Part shown: positions 17,859 through 27,997 of the stretch, in pieces
Layout: every line of letters begins with the position of its first letter
Numbering within the stretch: the stretch's first letter is position 1
Origin: Eubacteriales bacterium OttesenSCG-928-K08
GTDB taxonomy: Bacteria; Bacillota; Clostridia; Christensenellales; CAG-138
NCBI GenBank assembly: GCA_030266105.1
Contig: JAJDHH010000001.1
Location: 29,402 to 93,401, forward strand
DNA length: 64,000 nucleotides
Direction: 5' to 3'
Program-made: the position numbers and the translations under genes
The notes under the pieces: model-generated
Told to the model about the DNA's origin: nothing
The model's database searches: none
What the model saw: the letters and a program-made list of their open reading frames with translations, nothing else

Positions 17859-18064
17859 TTGAGTTTTTGTGGATACCGCTATCAAGCGGGAAATTACCGG
17901 TTGAATACGAGCAAGAGGTTCTTGTGTACACAAAAGATGGATTTGATCTTGCGGTGCTGCAAAGAAACCATGCAGGCCGTCACTGGTATGGAGCTAAGTG
18001 GAAAACGATTGATTTTTATAGCGTTACGCACTGGTGTATGCCATCAATACCGGAAGGAGAGTAA
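17855..18064 (+). CDS. DUF551-like phage protein
   Basis: GTG start in a GTGA overlap with the previous stop. The C-terminus VTHWCMPSIPEGE resembles the DUF551 THWMPLPEPP ending. Confidence 0.5.
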   Translation: MIEFLWIPLSSGKLPVEYEQEVLVYTKDGFDLAVLQRNHAGRHWYGAKWKTIDFYSVTHWCMPSIPEGE

Positions 18065-18069
18065 ATAGC

Positions 18070-18516
18070 ATGAACATTTTAACCGGAAAAGAAAAAAAGG
18101 AGCGCTTGAAGGAATTGCGAGGTAAGGTTGCCCTTATCGAAGCGCTAAAGCGAGAAGAGGAGGTGCTAAGGTCTCTTTCTGAGCCGCGACCTACGCAATT
18201 TCGTGAAGTCGCGTCATTTGGGAGCGGGCAAGTTAACGATATGGTTGGTAACGGCGCTACTCGGTTAGAAGAAATCCACGCACTGATCAATAAGGAGATG
18301 TGCGGCCTCGCAGAGAGTATAACATTTGCGCGTAATATTATTGCAGAGGTTCCGGGAGAAAGAGACAGGGCATTACTAACGCATCATTATGTCAACGGGC
18401 TGACTTGGGATGAGACCGCAGAAGAGGTAGGATATTGCTCGCAACATTGCAGGGAGCGGCGTGATTATGCACTCGGAATAAAGACCCGCTTGCATCCGCG
18501 CCAAAGGTTGATTTAA
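18070..18516 (+). CDS. ArpU/RinA-like late transcriptional activator (sigma-70 region-4-like HTH)
   Basis: C-terminal LLTHHYVNGLTWDETAEEVGYCSQHCRERRDYAL. Located immediately before the packaging region. Confidence 0.6.
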   Translation: MNILTGKEKKERLKELRGKVALIEALKREEEVLRSLSEPRPTQFREVASFGSGQVNDMVGNGATRLEEIHALINKEMCGLAESITFARNIIAEVPGERDRALLTHHYVNGLTWDETAEEVGYCSQHCRERRDYALGIKTRLHPRQRLI

Positions 18517-18543
18517 TATAAAATCAGAAAACTACAAGTATAG

Positions 18544-18566
18544 CCCGCCACAGATGGCGGGTTTTT
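18544..18566 (+). terminator. rho-independent terminator
   Basis: CCCGCCA-caga-TGGCGGG followed by TTTTT. Confidence 0.7.
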
Positions 18567-18594
18567 GTATGCCAGAAGAGGGAGGATAGCGTTT

Positions 18595-19173
18595 GTGGCT
18601 AATAGGATCAACAAAGTTGTAATGCTCAAAACGAGCGATATAGTTCCATACGAAAATAACCCGCGGATAAACGATGAATCTGTAAAGTATGTAGCTAACA
18701 GCATAAAAGAATTTGGATTTCGCCAGCCCATAGTCATTGATAAGGATAACGTTATCATTGCGGGTCATACGAGACTAAAAGCGGCAATCCTAATCGGGCT
18801 ACAGGAGGTTCCATGCATCGTAGCCGATGATCTTACTAAAAATCAGGCTGCCGCGTATAGACTTGCCGACAATAAGGTGGGAGAAGCCAGCAGTTGGGAT
18901 TATGTTGCGCTGGAAATAGAATTGAGCGCATTATGCGACTATTCTATGCCGGACTATGGATTTTTAGATATGTCTGAATTGCTGGAGACTGATCTTACTG
19001 GAGATAAGGCGGGCGCAAGCCCATGGGAAAGAATGAGCGGAGCTTCTGCGGACGGCGTAATATTTACTTTTGGTGAAATTTCGGCGCGACAGCCGCAAGA
19101 GATTTATGAAAAATTTTTATTTGATGTAGGAGAAGAAAATATAAACGAATGGCTATTAAAAAAGTTGCAATAG
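18595..19173 (+). CDS. ParB/Srx-fold nuclease-like domain protein
   Basis: IVPYENNPRINDESVKYVANSIKEFGFRQPIVID...IIAGHTRLKAA matches the ParB N-terminal domain. GTG at 18595 lies 9 nt after GGAGG. Confidence 0.75.
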   Translation: MANRINKVVMLKTSDIVPYENNPRINDESVKYVANSIKEFGFRQPIVIDKDNVIIAGHTRLKAAILIGLQEVPCIVADDLTKNQAAAYRLADNKVGEASSWDYVALEIELSALCDYSMPDYGFLDMSELLETDLTGDKAGASPWERMSGASADGVIFTFGEISARQPQEIYEKFLFDVGEENINEWLLKKLQ

Positions 19174-20387
19174 TTGATACGTGCCTCCCTATAACGAAGC
19201 AATCTGGCAGAGGGATGTCCGCAAGATATTTGCAATGGGAGTTGCAGAGAAATGGCGTCTCGGAATCGTCAATAGAAGATGCGGATATTATATTTGCCTC
19301 ATGTCAAAGCACGGAAAGCTATAAATACTTACAATCGCTCAGAAATAAGTTTACTCAAAAAATAATAATTTCAGGGGGCGCTGCGAGCACTAGCCCATAC
19401 ACGCTTGGAAAATACTCAGATATGGTGTGCGTAGGAGACGGCCAGAGGTTTATAGAGACAATCTTTTTGGAGGGTGTCGCTGCGGCAAGTAAGCTTGATA
19501 ACGTATGGATAGATGGTGAGACGCGAAATGTAGAGATAGATCAACACTTTCCGTTTGACATGCCCCCGATACAAGGAGAAGATGGCGCATACAGGCTATG
19601 GTGCGGCAGGGGATGCAAAAACAAATGTAAGTTTTGCCAAACCGGATGGGCTTATGAATATAAAGAAAACCCTAACCCGGTAGCATTAATTGATCAATCA
19701 AAACGCCTATTGGCCTCGGGCAAAAAAATCAACTATCTAAGCAACGATATTTCGCAACATACGTTTTACAACATGCTACCGGCCGTGGAGCATGGGTCTT
19801 ACTCAATACGTTTTTTAAAAAAAACCGGACTACCTCCAGCGAGGCAAGTTAGGCTTGGAATAGAGGGCGTGTCAGAAAGATTAAGGTCGTCCGTATCTAA
19901 GCCGATATCACATGATGACTTGATCGGGTGTACGACCTGGTTAAACGAAAACAAGAAAAGCGTAAGGTGGTTTATGATAGCGGGATTGCCCGGAGAAACT
20001 GAGCGCGACTGGCAAGAGCTTAAACTTGCTGTGCAGCAGTGGAAAAAATACACACAAAAAGGAGTGCTTGCGCTATCATTTACTGCATTTTGCCCAGACC
20101 CTGCAACTCCTCTATGTGGGGCTGCGCTAGACGATACATACTGGGATTACTATATAGATTTTAAAAAATGGTTTTTTGATGGACACGGATGGAGTAACCG
20201 CGTAAAGCTAATGAACCCGCAGCAACCAAAATCAAGAATGCAAAAAGCGATAGCAAGCACGGGGATGTCAGAAGATCAGTTACGAGAAGGCGGGCACATG
20301 TCCCCAAATAGCAGATTAAACTATCCATATGCAAAAAATACGCTCAAAGCCATTAAAGAAGAGGCGGTGAGAATAAGTGATCTATAA
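19149..20387 (+). CDS. radical SAM enzyme with N-terminal Rossmann/B12-binding-like region
   Basis: CKNKCKFC (CxxxCxxC) at about residue 160. 412 aa. The start overlaps the ParB-like gene. Confidence 0.75.
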   Translation: MAIKKVAIVDTCLPITKQSGRGMSARYLQWELQRNGVSESSIEDADIIFASCQSTESYKYLQSLRNKFTQKIIISGGAASTSPYTLGKYSDMVCVGDGQRFIETIFLEGVAAASKLDNVWIDGETRNVEIDQHFPFDMPPIQGEDGAYRLWCGRGCKNKCKFCQTGWAYEYKENPNPVALIDQSKRLLASGKKINYLSNDISQHTFYNMLPAVEHGSYSIRFLKKTGLPPARQVRLGIEGVSERLRSSVSKPISHDDLIGCTTWLNENKKSVRWFMIAGLPGETERDWQELKLAVQQWKKYTQKGVLALSFTAFCPDPATPLCGAALDDTYWDYYIDFKKWFFDGHGWSNRVKLMNPQQPKSRMQKAIASTGMSEDQLREGGHMSPNSRLNYPYAKNTLKAIKEEAVRISDL

Positions 20388-20919
20388 GCGATCAAAAAAG
20401 AAAATAAGCTATAAGTATCTACAAAGGCAATCACATGCGCTTGAAATTGATATGCCGGAGCTTCCGAGAGAGGGCGAGCACTTTAAATTATTTTCGGATG
20501 GCGGATTTTCATCAATTTCAATAATCGCAAAAATTGCACGAGATGAAGGGATAAGGGATCTATATGTATCTACGTTGCGCATAGGTAAAAAGGAGATGCA
20601 AGTGCTGCTTGCGCTCAATCAATCAGGGCTGCTCGATAAGGCAACATTTTTTGTTGGGAGCATTTTTGCAAATGATAAAAAAAGTGAATACGATTATTTT
20701 ACGTATGCCACAGATGTTTGCGAAAAATTAGGGTGGAAATTCCATGTTATAAAAAATCACTCTAAACTGATACTTGCAGAAACACCCGGTAGCCATATTG
20801 TTGTGGAAACATCAAGCAACCTTAACGAAAATCCCAAGATGGAGCAGTTTTGCATTGAGCGAGATGTTGGCGCATTTGATTTTTACAAGTGTTGCTTGCT
20901 GATGGCGGTGAAAAAATGA
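20377..20919 (+). CDS. single-HKD phospholipase-D-like (Nuc-like) domain protein
   Basis: NHSKLILAETPGSHIVVETSSNL resembles HxK(x)4D(x)6GSxN, with E in place of D. GTG start overlaps the radical SAM stop. Confidence 0.5.
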   Translation: MIYKRSKKKISYKYLQRQSHALEIDMPELPREGEHFKLFSDGGFSSISIIAKIARDEGIRDLYVSTLRIGKKEMQVLLALNQSGLLDKATFFVGSIFANDKKSEYDYFTYATDVCEKLGWKFHVIKNHSKLILAETPGSHIVVETSSNLNENPKMEQFCIERDVGAFDFYKCCLLMAVKK

Positions 20920-21428
20920 GCAAAGGCAAATATCATTATTGGCGCACAAAGGACGGCCTGCTTAAGCTTAGCGCATGGGCGAGGGATGGACTAGTTGAGG
21001 AGCAGATTGCGAAAAACATGGGCATCGCATCATCCACGCTGTACGATTGGAAAAATAGGTTTCCGGAGATTGGGGAGGCCTTAAAAAAGACAAAAGACAT
21101 TGTGGATATCGAGGTCGAAAACGCGCTACATAAATCAGCGGTGGGTTGGACGTACGATGAGATCACGCGAGAACCACTGTATAACGCGATTACAGGCGAG
21201 CCGGTGATTGGCAAAAATGGAAAACCTGTTATTGCAATAACTAAAATTGTTACAAAGCAAGTGCTTCCAAGCAATACAGCGCAAATATTCTGGCTGACAA
21301 ATCGTAAGCCCGAGGAATGGAAGCACGTTAAAAAGCATGAAATCTCTGGGGAGGTGCAAGTTGACGACGCAAGAACTCGCCTCGCTGAGAAACTTACTAA
21401 GATGCGCGAGCGCGGATCAAGTACATAG
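20916..21428 (+). CDS. terS: terminase small subunit
   Basis: N-terminal HTH (EEQIAKNMGIASSTLYDWKNRFPEIGEALKK). Position immediately upstream of the large terminase. Confidence 0.7.
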   Translation: MSKGKYHYWRTKDGLLKLSAWARDGLVEEQIAKNMGIASSTLYDWKNRFPEIGEALKKTKDIVDIEVENALHKSAVGWTYDEITREPLYNAITGEPVIGKNGKPVIAITKIVTKQVLPSNTAQIFWLTNRKPEEWKHVKKHEISGEVQVDDARTRLAEKLTKMRERGSST

Positions 21429-22662
21429 CGCAATTATGAGCCTATCGCAAGAGGATGCAGAGGCTCTTTTGTATGATTGGAATTTATGGGCGCGAGATAA
21501 TCAACTCGAACCTGAAGGGGACTGGCGTTTTTGGCTATGCCTCGCGGGTAGAGGGTGGGGAAAAACGCGCACCGGGGCTGAGTGGGTAAAGTATAGGGTT
21601 GATGCCGGATATAAGAGAGTGGCCCTTGTGGGAAGAACTGCGGCTGATGTGCGGGACACGATGATACAGGGCGAAAGCGGACTTTTATCACTTTACCCCA
21701 CTCGCCTAAAGCCACGGTACATAAAAAGCGAGCGGCGCATTGAGTGGCCGAACGGGGCTATCGCCACATGTTATAGCGCGGATGAACCCGATCAGCTTAG
21801 AGGGCCGCAACATGACACTGCCTGGGCAGATGAAATGGCAACCTGGAAATACCCGGATACGTGGGATCAGTTAAAATTTGGCCTTCGCCTCGGCAAAGAC
21901 CCGCGAGTTATCATCACCACAACACCACGCCCAACGAAGATTATTAAGGAGCTTGTGGAGGATGCTAATGCTCATATAACAAAGGGCGCAACTTATGATA
22001 ACGCCGCCAATCTCGCGCCAATGTTTATTGACGAAATTATCAAAAAATACGAGGGCACGCGCCTTGGCAGGCAAGAGCTTAATGCCGAAATACTTGACGA
22101 TAACCCAAACGCTTTATTTACACGAGATAATATAGACACCTATCGCGTAAAAAAAGCGCCTACGCTTGTGCGAGTTGTAGTTGCAATAGACCCTGCAGCC
22201 ACCAGCGGAGAGGACAGCGCTGAGACAGGAATTGTGGCAGGAGGCAAAGACGCAAACGGTAATTACTACATATTGCACGATGCCTCGCTGCGCGCATCGC
22301 CTAACAAATGGGCGCAAGCGGCGGTGAGCCTCTACTATAAAATCAATGGGGATCGGATAGTTGCCGAGGTAAATAACGGTGGCGAGATGGTTGAGGCTGT
22401 GTTGCGCGGAATTGACAAAAACATACCCTACACCGATGTGCACGCCAGCCGAGGGAAATACATACGGGCAGAGCCTGTTGCTGCATTATATGAGCAGGGC
22501 AAAGTACACCACGTAGGCGCATTCCCGGAGCTTGAAGATCAGATGTGCGAATGGGTGCCGGGCGGAATAAGCCCGGATAGGATGGACGCGCTTGTATGGC
22601 TAATCACAGAGCTATCATCAAAATCAACGCCAAGAGCAGGAAGGAAGCCGACTGGATGGTAA
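21337..22662 (+). CDS. terL: terminase large subunit
   Basis: LLYDWNLWARDNQ...LAGRGWGKTRTGAEW Walker A plus a C-terminal nuclease region. True start uncertain (21337, 21361 or 21436). Confidence 0.85.
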   Translation: MKSLGRCKLTTQELASLRNLLRCASADQVHSAIMSLSQEDAEALLYDWNLWARDNQLEPEGDWRFWLCLAGRGWGKTRTGAEWVKYRVDAGYKRVALVGRTAADVRDTMIQGESGLLSLYPTRLKPRYIKSERRIEWPNGAIATCYSADEPDQLRGPQHDTAWADEMATWKYPDTWDQLKFGLRLGKDPRVIITTTPRPTKIIKELVEDANAHITKGATYDNAANLAPMFIDEIIKKYEGTRLGRQELNAEILDDNPNALFTRDNIDTYRVKKAPTLVRVVVAIDPAATSGEDSAETGIVAGGKDANGNYYILHDASLRASPNKWAQAAVSLYYKINGDRIVAEVNNGGEMVEAVLRGIDKNIPYTDVHASRGKYIRAEPVAALYEQGKVHHVGAFPELEDQMCEWVPGGISPDRMDALVWLITELSSKSTPRAGRKPTGW

Positions 22663-24275
22663 AATACGCAGATCCGCGCGAATGGACTGAATATCCCCCG
22701 GAAAATGTTCGCACGCGGCATGAAGAATATGAGACATATCGCAATCTATTAATGGGCAGGCACAAGGATGTATTTTGTAACAACACTAAAAACATCCATC
22801 ACAAGCGCTCCGAAACGGCGCTCATGCACGATGCGGCGGCGCTGTATGATGATGGTGATCTGTACGTGTCAGCAAATTACTGCAAAATGGCATCGCAAAT
22901 TTTTGCAAATATTTTATTTGGCACTCCGCCTAAGTATCGCATTGAAGCAGAAGGGGCTGGGATCGATGCAATCCAACAACAGCGCATAGATCAGATCGCC
23001 ATTGATAATATGCTCAGCGTGACAAATCACCAACAGGAGGTTGAGGCCAGCCATTTAGGCGGCGCTGTATATCGTCTTAGGTGGGGCAAAATGAACAACT
23101 GGCGCACGGATGGGGTGATAATAGAGGCATTGCCCGTAGATGTATACGAGCCTATACTATCGCCTGATAACATCAAAGATAATCAAGGGGGCGTGCTATC
23201 ATTTCCGTTTGAGTACAATGGCGCGAATTATTTATACCGCGAGATATACGAGCCGGGCAAAATCTCATACATGCTTAACGAGATGATGGGAAACTCCATA
23301 GGCGCGCAGATACCATTAGAATCTGTGCCATTTTACGCGCATATTACAGATGCGGCAAAGGCCGGAAATGATAATTACCACATGGACGGGAACACCGTCA
23401 TTTTTGAGACTGATTACCCAGGCATGTTTATCGAGTATGTGCCAAACTGGACAAAACCGGACTTATATTTTGGCATAAGCGACTATTCGCCGGACGTGAT
23501 ATCAAATCAGTGCGCGATAAACGCGATTAAAACCGGTATTTTGCGCGTGTGCCTAAAACATATGGATCCAAAGCTTGCGCTCCCAGAAGGACTTATGACG
23601 CAAGACCCGATGACCGGCAAATGGTACATACAAAAAGAGGACATGGAAGCGATTGAGGTGCCGGATGCAGTTGCCTCTGCCCTGCCCCGATATGTCACGT
23701 GGGATGCCAAGCTCGACGCGGCGCAACTCAATATTGATGCATGCTTTGAGGCCATGATGATGTCGATGCAAATTTCCCCCGCGGTTTTTGGATGGGAAAA
23801 ATACGGCCAAGCTGATAGTGCGGCGGCTCTTAAGCTACGCATGACGCTCACGCTCTGGATGGTAAGTCAAAAACGCACATACTTTGATGCGGCGCTCAAG
23901 AATATACTCTATGCCGCTCAGTACCTTGATGGGCGATACGGTGCAGCAAAATATGAACCTATGGAAGTATCCATAACTTGGCCTGATCCATTGCCTGTAG
24001 ATGAGAGTACTGAGGCTTCCGCGCTCAAAACGATGCTTGGAAGCAAGTTGATCTCTGTTGAAACGGCGGTATCTAGAATCCAGGGTATAGAGGGAGAGGC
24101 GCTGGAAAACGAGCTAAATCTCATAGCTAAAGATAATCGCGCACAGCAAATCGTCGAGCTTGGGCAACTGGCGGCGTATCAAGCTATATCTCCAGATGCA
24201 ATGCTGCGCATTTATCGTGGCGAGAACATCGAGGATGTGCTCAGAAGCGCAAAAGCGCCAATCGCGGAAAATTAA
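22656..24275 (+). CDS. portal protein
   Basis: About 540 aa directly after terL, ATG in an ATGGTAA overlap with the terL stop. Confidence 0.75.
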   Translation: MVKYADPREWTEYPPENVRTRHEEYETYRNLLMGRHKDVFCNNTKNIHHKRSETALMHDAAALYDDGDLYVSANYCKMASQIFANILFGTPPKYRIEAEGAGIDAIQQQRIDQIAIDNMLSVTNHQQEVEASHLGGAVYRLRWGKMNNWRTDGVIIEALPVDVYEPILSPDNIKDNQGGVLSFPFEYNGANYLYREIYEPGKISYMLNEMMGNSIGAQIPLESVPFYAHITDAAKAGNDNYHMDGNTVIFETDYPGMFIEYVPNWTKPDLYFGISDYSPDVISNQCAINAIKTGILRVCLKHMDPKLALPEGLMTQDPMTGKWYIQKEDMEAIEVPDAVASALPRYVTWDAKLDAAQLNIDACFEAMMMSMQISPAVFGWEKYGQADSAAALKLRMTLTLWMVSQKRTYFDAALKNILYAAQYLDGRYGAAKYEPMEVSITWPDPLPVDESTEASALKTMLGSKLISVETAVSRIQGIEGEALENELNLIAKDNRAQQIVELGQLAAYQAISPDAMLRIYRGENIEDVLRSAKAPIAEN

Positions 24276-24305
24276 TTTCCGGAGGAAGAGTAGAGGAATG
24301 ACTAA

Positions 24306-25526
24306 ATGCTTGATCCAGAATATTTTGCTAATTTTACGGATGATATACTTGCGCTATATGAGGCATATCAAACTAGCTTGTGCAATGAAATTGCGCGGCG
24401 CATCGCGCGCATGGGAGGAGTTACACGATTTAGCGTGGAGCAAATGGAAATACTGCAAGAAGCAGGGCTTGTGTATCAGGACGCCATATCAATGATCGCT
24501 GAGATCGTGCCGGAAAGCCGGGAAGAAGTTAGTAGAATGTTTTTTGATATGGGCACCCGCACATTGGCATATGATGATGCGGTATATATTGCAGCTGGCC
24601 TCAGCCCTATTCCGCTTAGCCAGTCCCCGCAGATGCTCGATTTGCTGATGGCGGGCATAAGCAAAACAAACGGTGATCTTTTTAACTTAACGATGACAAC
24701 GGCAACTACAAGCCAAACATCGTTTATCAACGCCGTTTCCCTCGCATCGATGCAAGTCGAGACGGGCGCAATGAGCTACCAACAGGCGATCACAAATGCC
24801 ATTAAAAGCATTAGCGGCGATGGGGCTTGGATACAGTACCCGCCAAAAACAGAGGGAGGCATTGGACATAGGGATAGGATCGACGTAGCCGTTCGCCGCG
24901 CAACTCTGACAGGCACAGCACAAACCACCGCGCAGATGCAGGATATGCGGATGAACGAAATGAACTGCCAGTGCGTTGAGGTGAGCGCGCATGTAGGAGC
25001 ACGGCCAACGCATGCTGCATGGCAGGGCGGCGTGTACACTAGATATGGCCGCATAGACGGATATGAAGACCTCGTTGATGCAACGGGATATGGGAGCGGA
25101 GATGGCCTTTGCGGATGGAATTGCAGTCATAAATTTTATCCCTTTTTTATTGGTATTTCTGAGCGAAAGTATTCGAAAGAAAGCCTCGAAGAGTTAAATA
25201 ACAAAACTGTATCATATAACGGCGAGGAAATAGAGGCGTACAAAGCTACTCAAATGCAACGCGCTTTGGAGCGGAAAATACGCGAAACTAAAAGACAATT
25301 ATCGGCCTTGGACGCATCAATAAAAGATGCTCCGAGCGATAGCATCGCAAACTCCTTAAAATCTGAGTTTACGTCCTTATCAACATCCTTAAAAGATCAG
25401 GAACGCAAGCTTAACGATTTTACAGCACAAACAGACCTGTGGAAGGATACAAGTCGAACGCAGGTTGATGGCTTTGGGAGAAGTGTATCACAAAAGGCGC
25501 GATGGGCTGCGCAAAATGCAGTATAA
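24306..25526 (+). CDS. minor head / head morphogenesis protein (SPP1 gp7 / Mu F-like)
   Basis: Follows the portal gene. Conserved block VEVSAHVGARPTHAAWQGGVY...GDGLCGWNCSH. Confidence 0.7.
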   Translation: MLDPEYFANFTDDILALYEAYQTSLCNEIARRIARMGGVTRFSVEQMEILQEAGLVYQDAISMIAEIVPESREEVSRMFFDMGTRTLAYDDAVYIAAGLSPIPLSQSPQMLDLLMAGISKTNGDLFNLTMTTATTSQTSFINAVSLASMQVETGAMSYQQAITNAIKSISGDGAWIQYPPKTEGGIGHRDRIDVAVRRATLTGTAQTTAQMQDMRMNEMNCQCVEVSAHVGARPTHAAWQGGVYTRYGRIDGYEDLVDATGYGSGDGLCGWNCSHKFYPFFIGISERKYSKESLEELNNKTVSYNGEEIEAYKATQMQRALERKIRETKRQLSALDASIKDAPSDSIANSLKSEFTSLSTSLKDQERKLNDFTAQTDLWKDTSRTQVDGFGRSVSQKARWAAQNAV

Positions 25527-25550
25527 ACACCGATGCTTTTTTAGTTAATT

Positions 25551-25572
25551 AGCGCCAATCGGCGCTTTTTTA
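25551..25572 (+). terminator. rho-independent terminator
   Basis: AGCGCC-aatc-GGCGCT followed by TTTTTT. Confidence 0.6.
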
Positions 25573-25626
25573 CTGCCGACGGGCATTAAACGGAATTAGC
25601 CGACGGGCATTAAGCGGAGGGATAAC

Positions 25627-26280
25627 ATGGAAAAACACAAAATGAACTTGCAACTTTTTGCTGAGGGCGATCCGGCGGCAATTAATCCGCCAGCGCAACC
25701 AGCGCCTGCCCCGGACGGCGCGGGTAATCAGCCGGATAATGGCGACGGCAGCCAGCAACCGCCGGAAAATGTAACGCTGACGCAAGAGCAGCTGGATGAT
25801 CTTATCGACAAAGCATTTGCGAAAGGTGCACGTAAGGGCGCACGAGACGCGAAAAAATCACCAGCGGCACCCGCGACAGCAACGCAAGCGCCACCTCCAG
25901 CACAAGCACAGGCGCAAGAACCTACACCAGCGCCCGCATATGACCAAAATCTTATTCGTGCGCGCGAGCGGATTGTAGATGCCGCCATATTAGCAGCTGC
26001 GTCCGGCTTGGGGTTTTTGGATCCATCGGATGCTATCGCGCTGGTAGATCGATCTGACATTGATATGGACGACGATTTTAACGTGGACGGCGCAACAGAA
26101 GCTGTTGAGGCGCTTGCAAAGTTAAAGCCGCACCTACGATCAAAAAAAGAAGCTCCCCCAGTAAGCGGCGGCATGACTGGGCAAGCAACTAAGCCGGAGC
26201 AAAAAAACTACGGCGCAGAGTGCGCTAAGCGCAAGCAAGAACAGCAAAAAAAATCATTAGAGGCACTGAATAAACTATAA
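25627..26280 (+). CDS. scaffolding protein
   Basis: N-terminal MNLQLFAEG motif, Ala/Pro/Gln-rich and charged, upstream of the capsid gene. Confidence 0.7.
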   Translation: MEKHKMNLQLFAEGDPAAINPPAQPAPAPDGAGNQPDNGDGSQQPPENVTLTQEQLDDLIDKAFAKGARKGARDAKKSPAAPATATQAPPPAQAQAQEPTPAPAYDQNLIRARERIVDAAILAAASGLGFLDPSDAIALVDRSDIDMDDDFNVDGATEAVEALAKLKPHLRSKKEAPPVSGGMTGQATKPEQKNYGAECAKRKQEQQKKSLEALNKL

Positions 26281-26290
26281 GGAGGATATC

Positions 26291-26665
26291 ATGCCTAAAC
26301 AAAACACAATCAAAAAAATCATTCCCGACAACGAGTGGCAGGGGCTGCTGTCACACAGAGAGGCGCGCGCGGTGCGTATAAGCGCTGAGGATATCGTTGC
26401 GGTAGACGGAAAGAAAATTGTCCCCGCCGGGTCCATACTCGGCAGCGCCGATGTAGCGAGCACAATCCTGCAAGGAAATGCCGCCGCCAAGATAGTCAAC
26501 GATGGAACTGCCGAGGGCATTGCGGTAAACACGGTAGATGTAACCGATGGCGATTGCGAGGTAGCTATGGCGTATGTTGCAACCGCGAGCACCGCAAAAA
26601 TGCCTGTTGCTCCATCAGCAGAGGCTATAGCGGCTTTATCGCGCATCACATTTATGGATGTATAA
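26291..26665 (+). CDS. head-associated protein (decoration-like position)
   Basis: 124-aa ORF between the scaffold and major capsid genes, RBS AAGGAGGA. Confidence 0.5.
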   Translation: MPKQNTIKKIIPDNEWQGLLSHREARAVRISAEDIVAVDGKKIVPAGSILGSADVASTILQGNAAAKIVNDGTAEGIAVNTVDVTDGDCEVAMAYVATASTAKMPVAPSAEAIAALSRITFMDV

Positions 26666-26680
26666 GGAAGGAGATATATA

Positions 26681-27766
26681 ATGCCGATCAACGTAAGCGC
26701 AAGACTGTATGAGCTTTTCAACGCAGTTAACATCGCAGGATATTACAACACTAAACAGGAGCCGGTGCGCCCATACCTTGGGGCAACGCTATTCCCACCT
26801 ACAGAGGTTGTCGGGAGAAAGCTTTCTTTTATAACCGGCCGGGCAGGTGCTCCAATCGCACTACGCGCATCAGCTCTTGATGCAAATGCGCCTTTGCGTA
26901 GCCCCATCCCGCTCAACGTAGTTGAGGCTGAAATGCCGTTCTTCCGCGAGGGGATGCAGATTAAGGAATCTATAATGATGGATCTGGCTGTTGCCTTGCA
27001 AACGACAAATGAGGCGCTATGGAGGCCATACATCGAAAAAGCGTATGACGGCGCATACGATTTAATTCTCGGCGCTGACGCAACAGTGGAGCGCATGAGA
27101 ATGGCGCTGTTGTCAACTGGCGTTATCAACATCCTTGATGAAAAGGATAACGTGCCGATTGACATTGATTATGGATTTGATACCGCATCTCAGATGACTA
27201 CCCTTGCAGGCACGGCAATGTGGAGCAATACGGCGACATCAGACCCCATGGGCGATCTTGAGAAAGCAATGATCGCTGCAAATATTGGCTCAGCGCGAGT
27301 AATCATGACGAGGGCAACCTTTAACATGATGCGCGCATCTGAAAAATTGCGCGGCAACATATTTGTTGGGGGCGTTTCTCCCGCAACTGTTACGCCGCAA
27401 CAGGTGCAAGATTACTTCTCTGCAAACTACGATTTCGCGTTCACCATTTTGGAGCCGCGCCAAAATAATTACAGGCTCGCATGGGACGCTCCGACTGCAG
27501 ACATCAGAAAGTTCTTTCCGGATGGGGTCGCATCGGTCGTGCAGGGCGGCGTGACGCTTGGCGAAACCGTATATGGCTCTACCCCTGAAGGGCTTACGGC
27601 AGATATGGAAGGCGCGCAGACGGAAATTGTAAACACTGGTGTTGCAGTACGCACCTACACCACGCCCCACACCGTAAATGTAAATACGGTTGTTTCTGAA
27701 ACGGTTCTTCCGTCGTTCCCGGAAATCGGAAGCCTACACATCATCAATGCTTATACGCCAGCGTAA
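26681..27766 (+). CDS. major capsid protein (capsid protein E-like)
   Basis: 361 aa. N-terminal YLGATLFPPTEVVGRKLSFITG...LRASALDANAPL resembles the Phage_cap_E family. Confidence 0.8.
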   Translation: MPINVSARLYELFNAVNIAGYYNTKQEPVRPYLGATLFPPTEVVGRKLSFITGRAGAPIALRASALDANAPLRSPIPLNVVEAEMPFFREGMQIKESIMMDLAVALQTTNEALWRPYIEKAYDGAYDLILGADATVERMRMALLSTGVINILDEKDNVPIDIDYGFDTASQMTTLAGTAMWSNTATSDPMGDLEKAMIAANIGSARVIMTRATFNMMRASEKLRGNIFVGGVSPATVTPQQVQDYFSANYDFAFTILEPRQNNYRLAWDAPTADIRKFFPDGVASVVQGGVTLGETVYGSTPEGLTADMEGAQTEIVNTGVAVRTYTTPHTVNVNTVVSETVLPSFPEIGSLHIINAYTPA

Positions 27767-27778
27767 TGGAGAAACATT

Positions 27779-27997
27779 ATGAACATTAAAATGAAAACTC
27801 CAGGAAGAAACGGAAATGAAAAATTTGTAGCGGGCGATGTTATTTCTGTAACAAAAGAGGAAGGTGATGCTTTAGTGAAGCGCGGGCTTGCTGTAATGGC
27901 TGATGAGAGCGAAAAGCCGAAGAAGGCGGCGGAAAAGACAAAGCCGAAGAAGGCGGCGGAAGAAGGTGCTGGCAATGGCGACGCTGGAGGGGGCTAA
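27779..27997 (+). CDS. small Lys-rich hypothetical protein
   Basis: 72-aa ORF after the capsid gene. Confidence 0.45.
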   Translation: MNIKMKTPGRNGNEKFVAGDVISVTKEEGDALVKRGLAVMADESEKPKKAAEKTKPKKAAEEGAGNGDAGGG

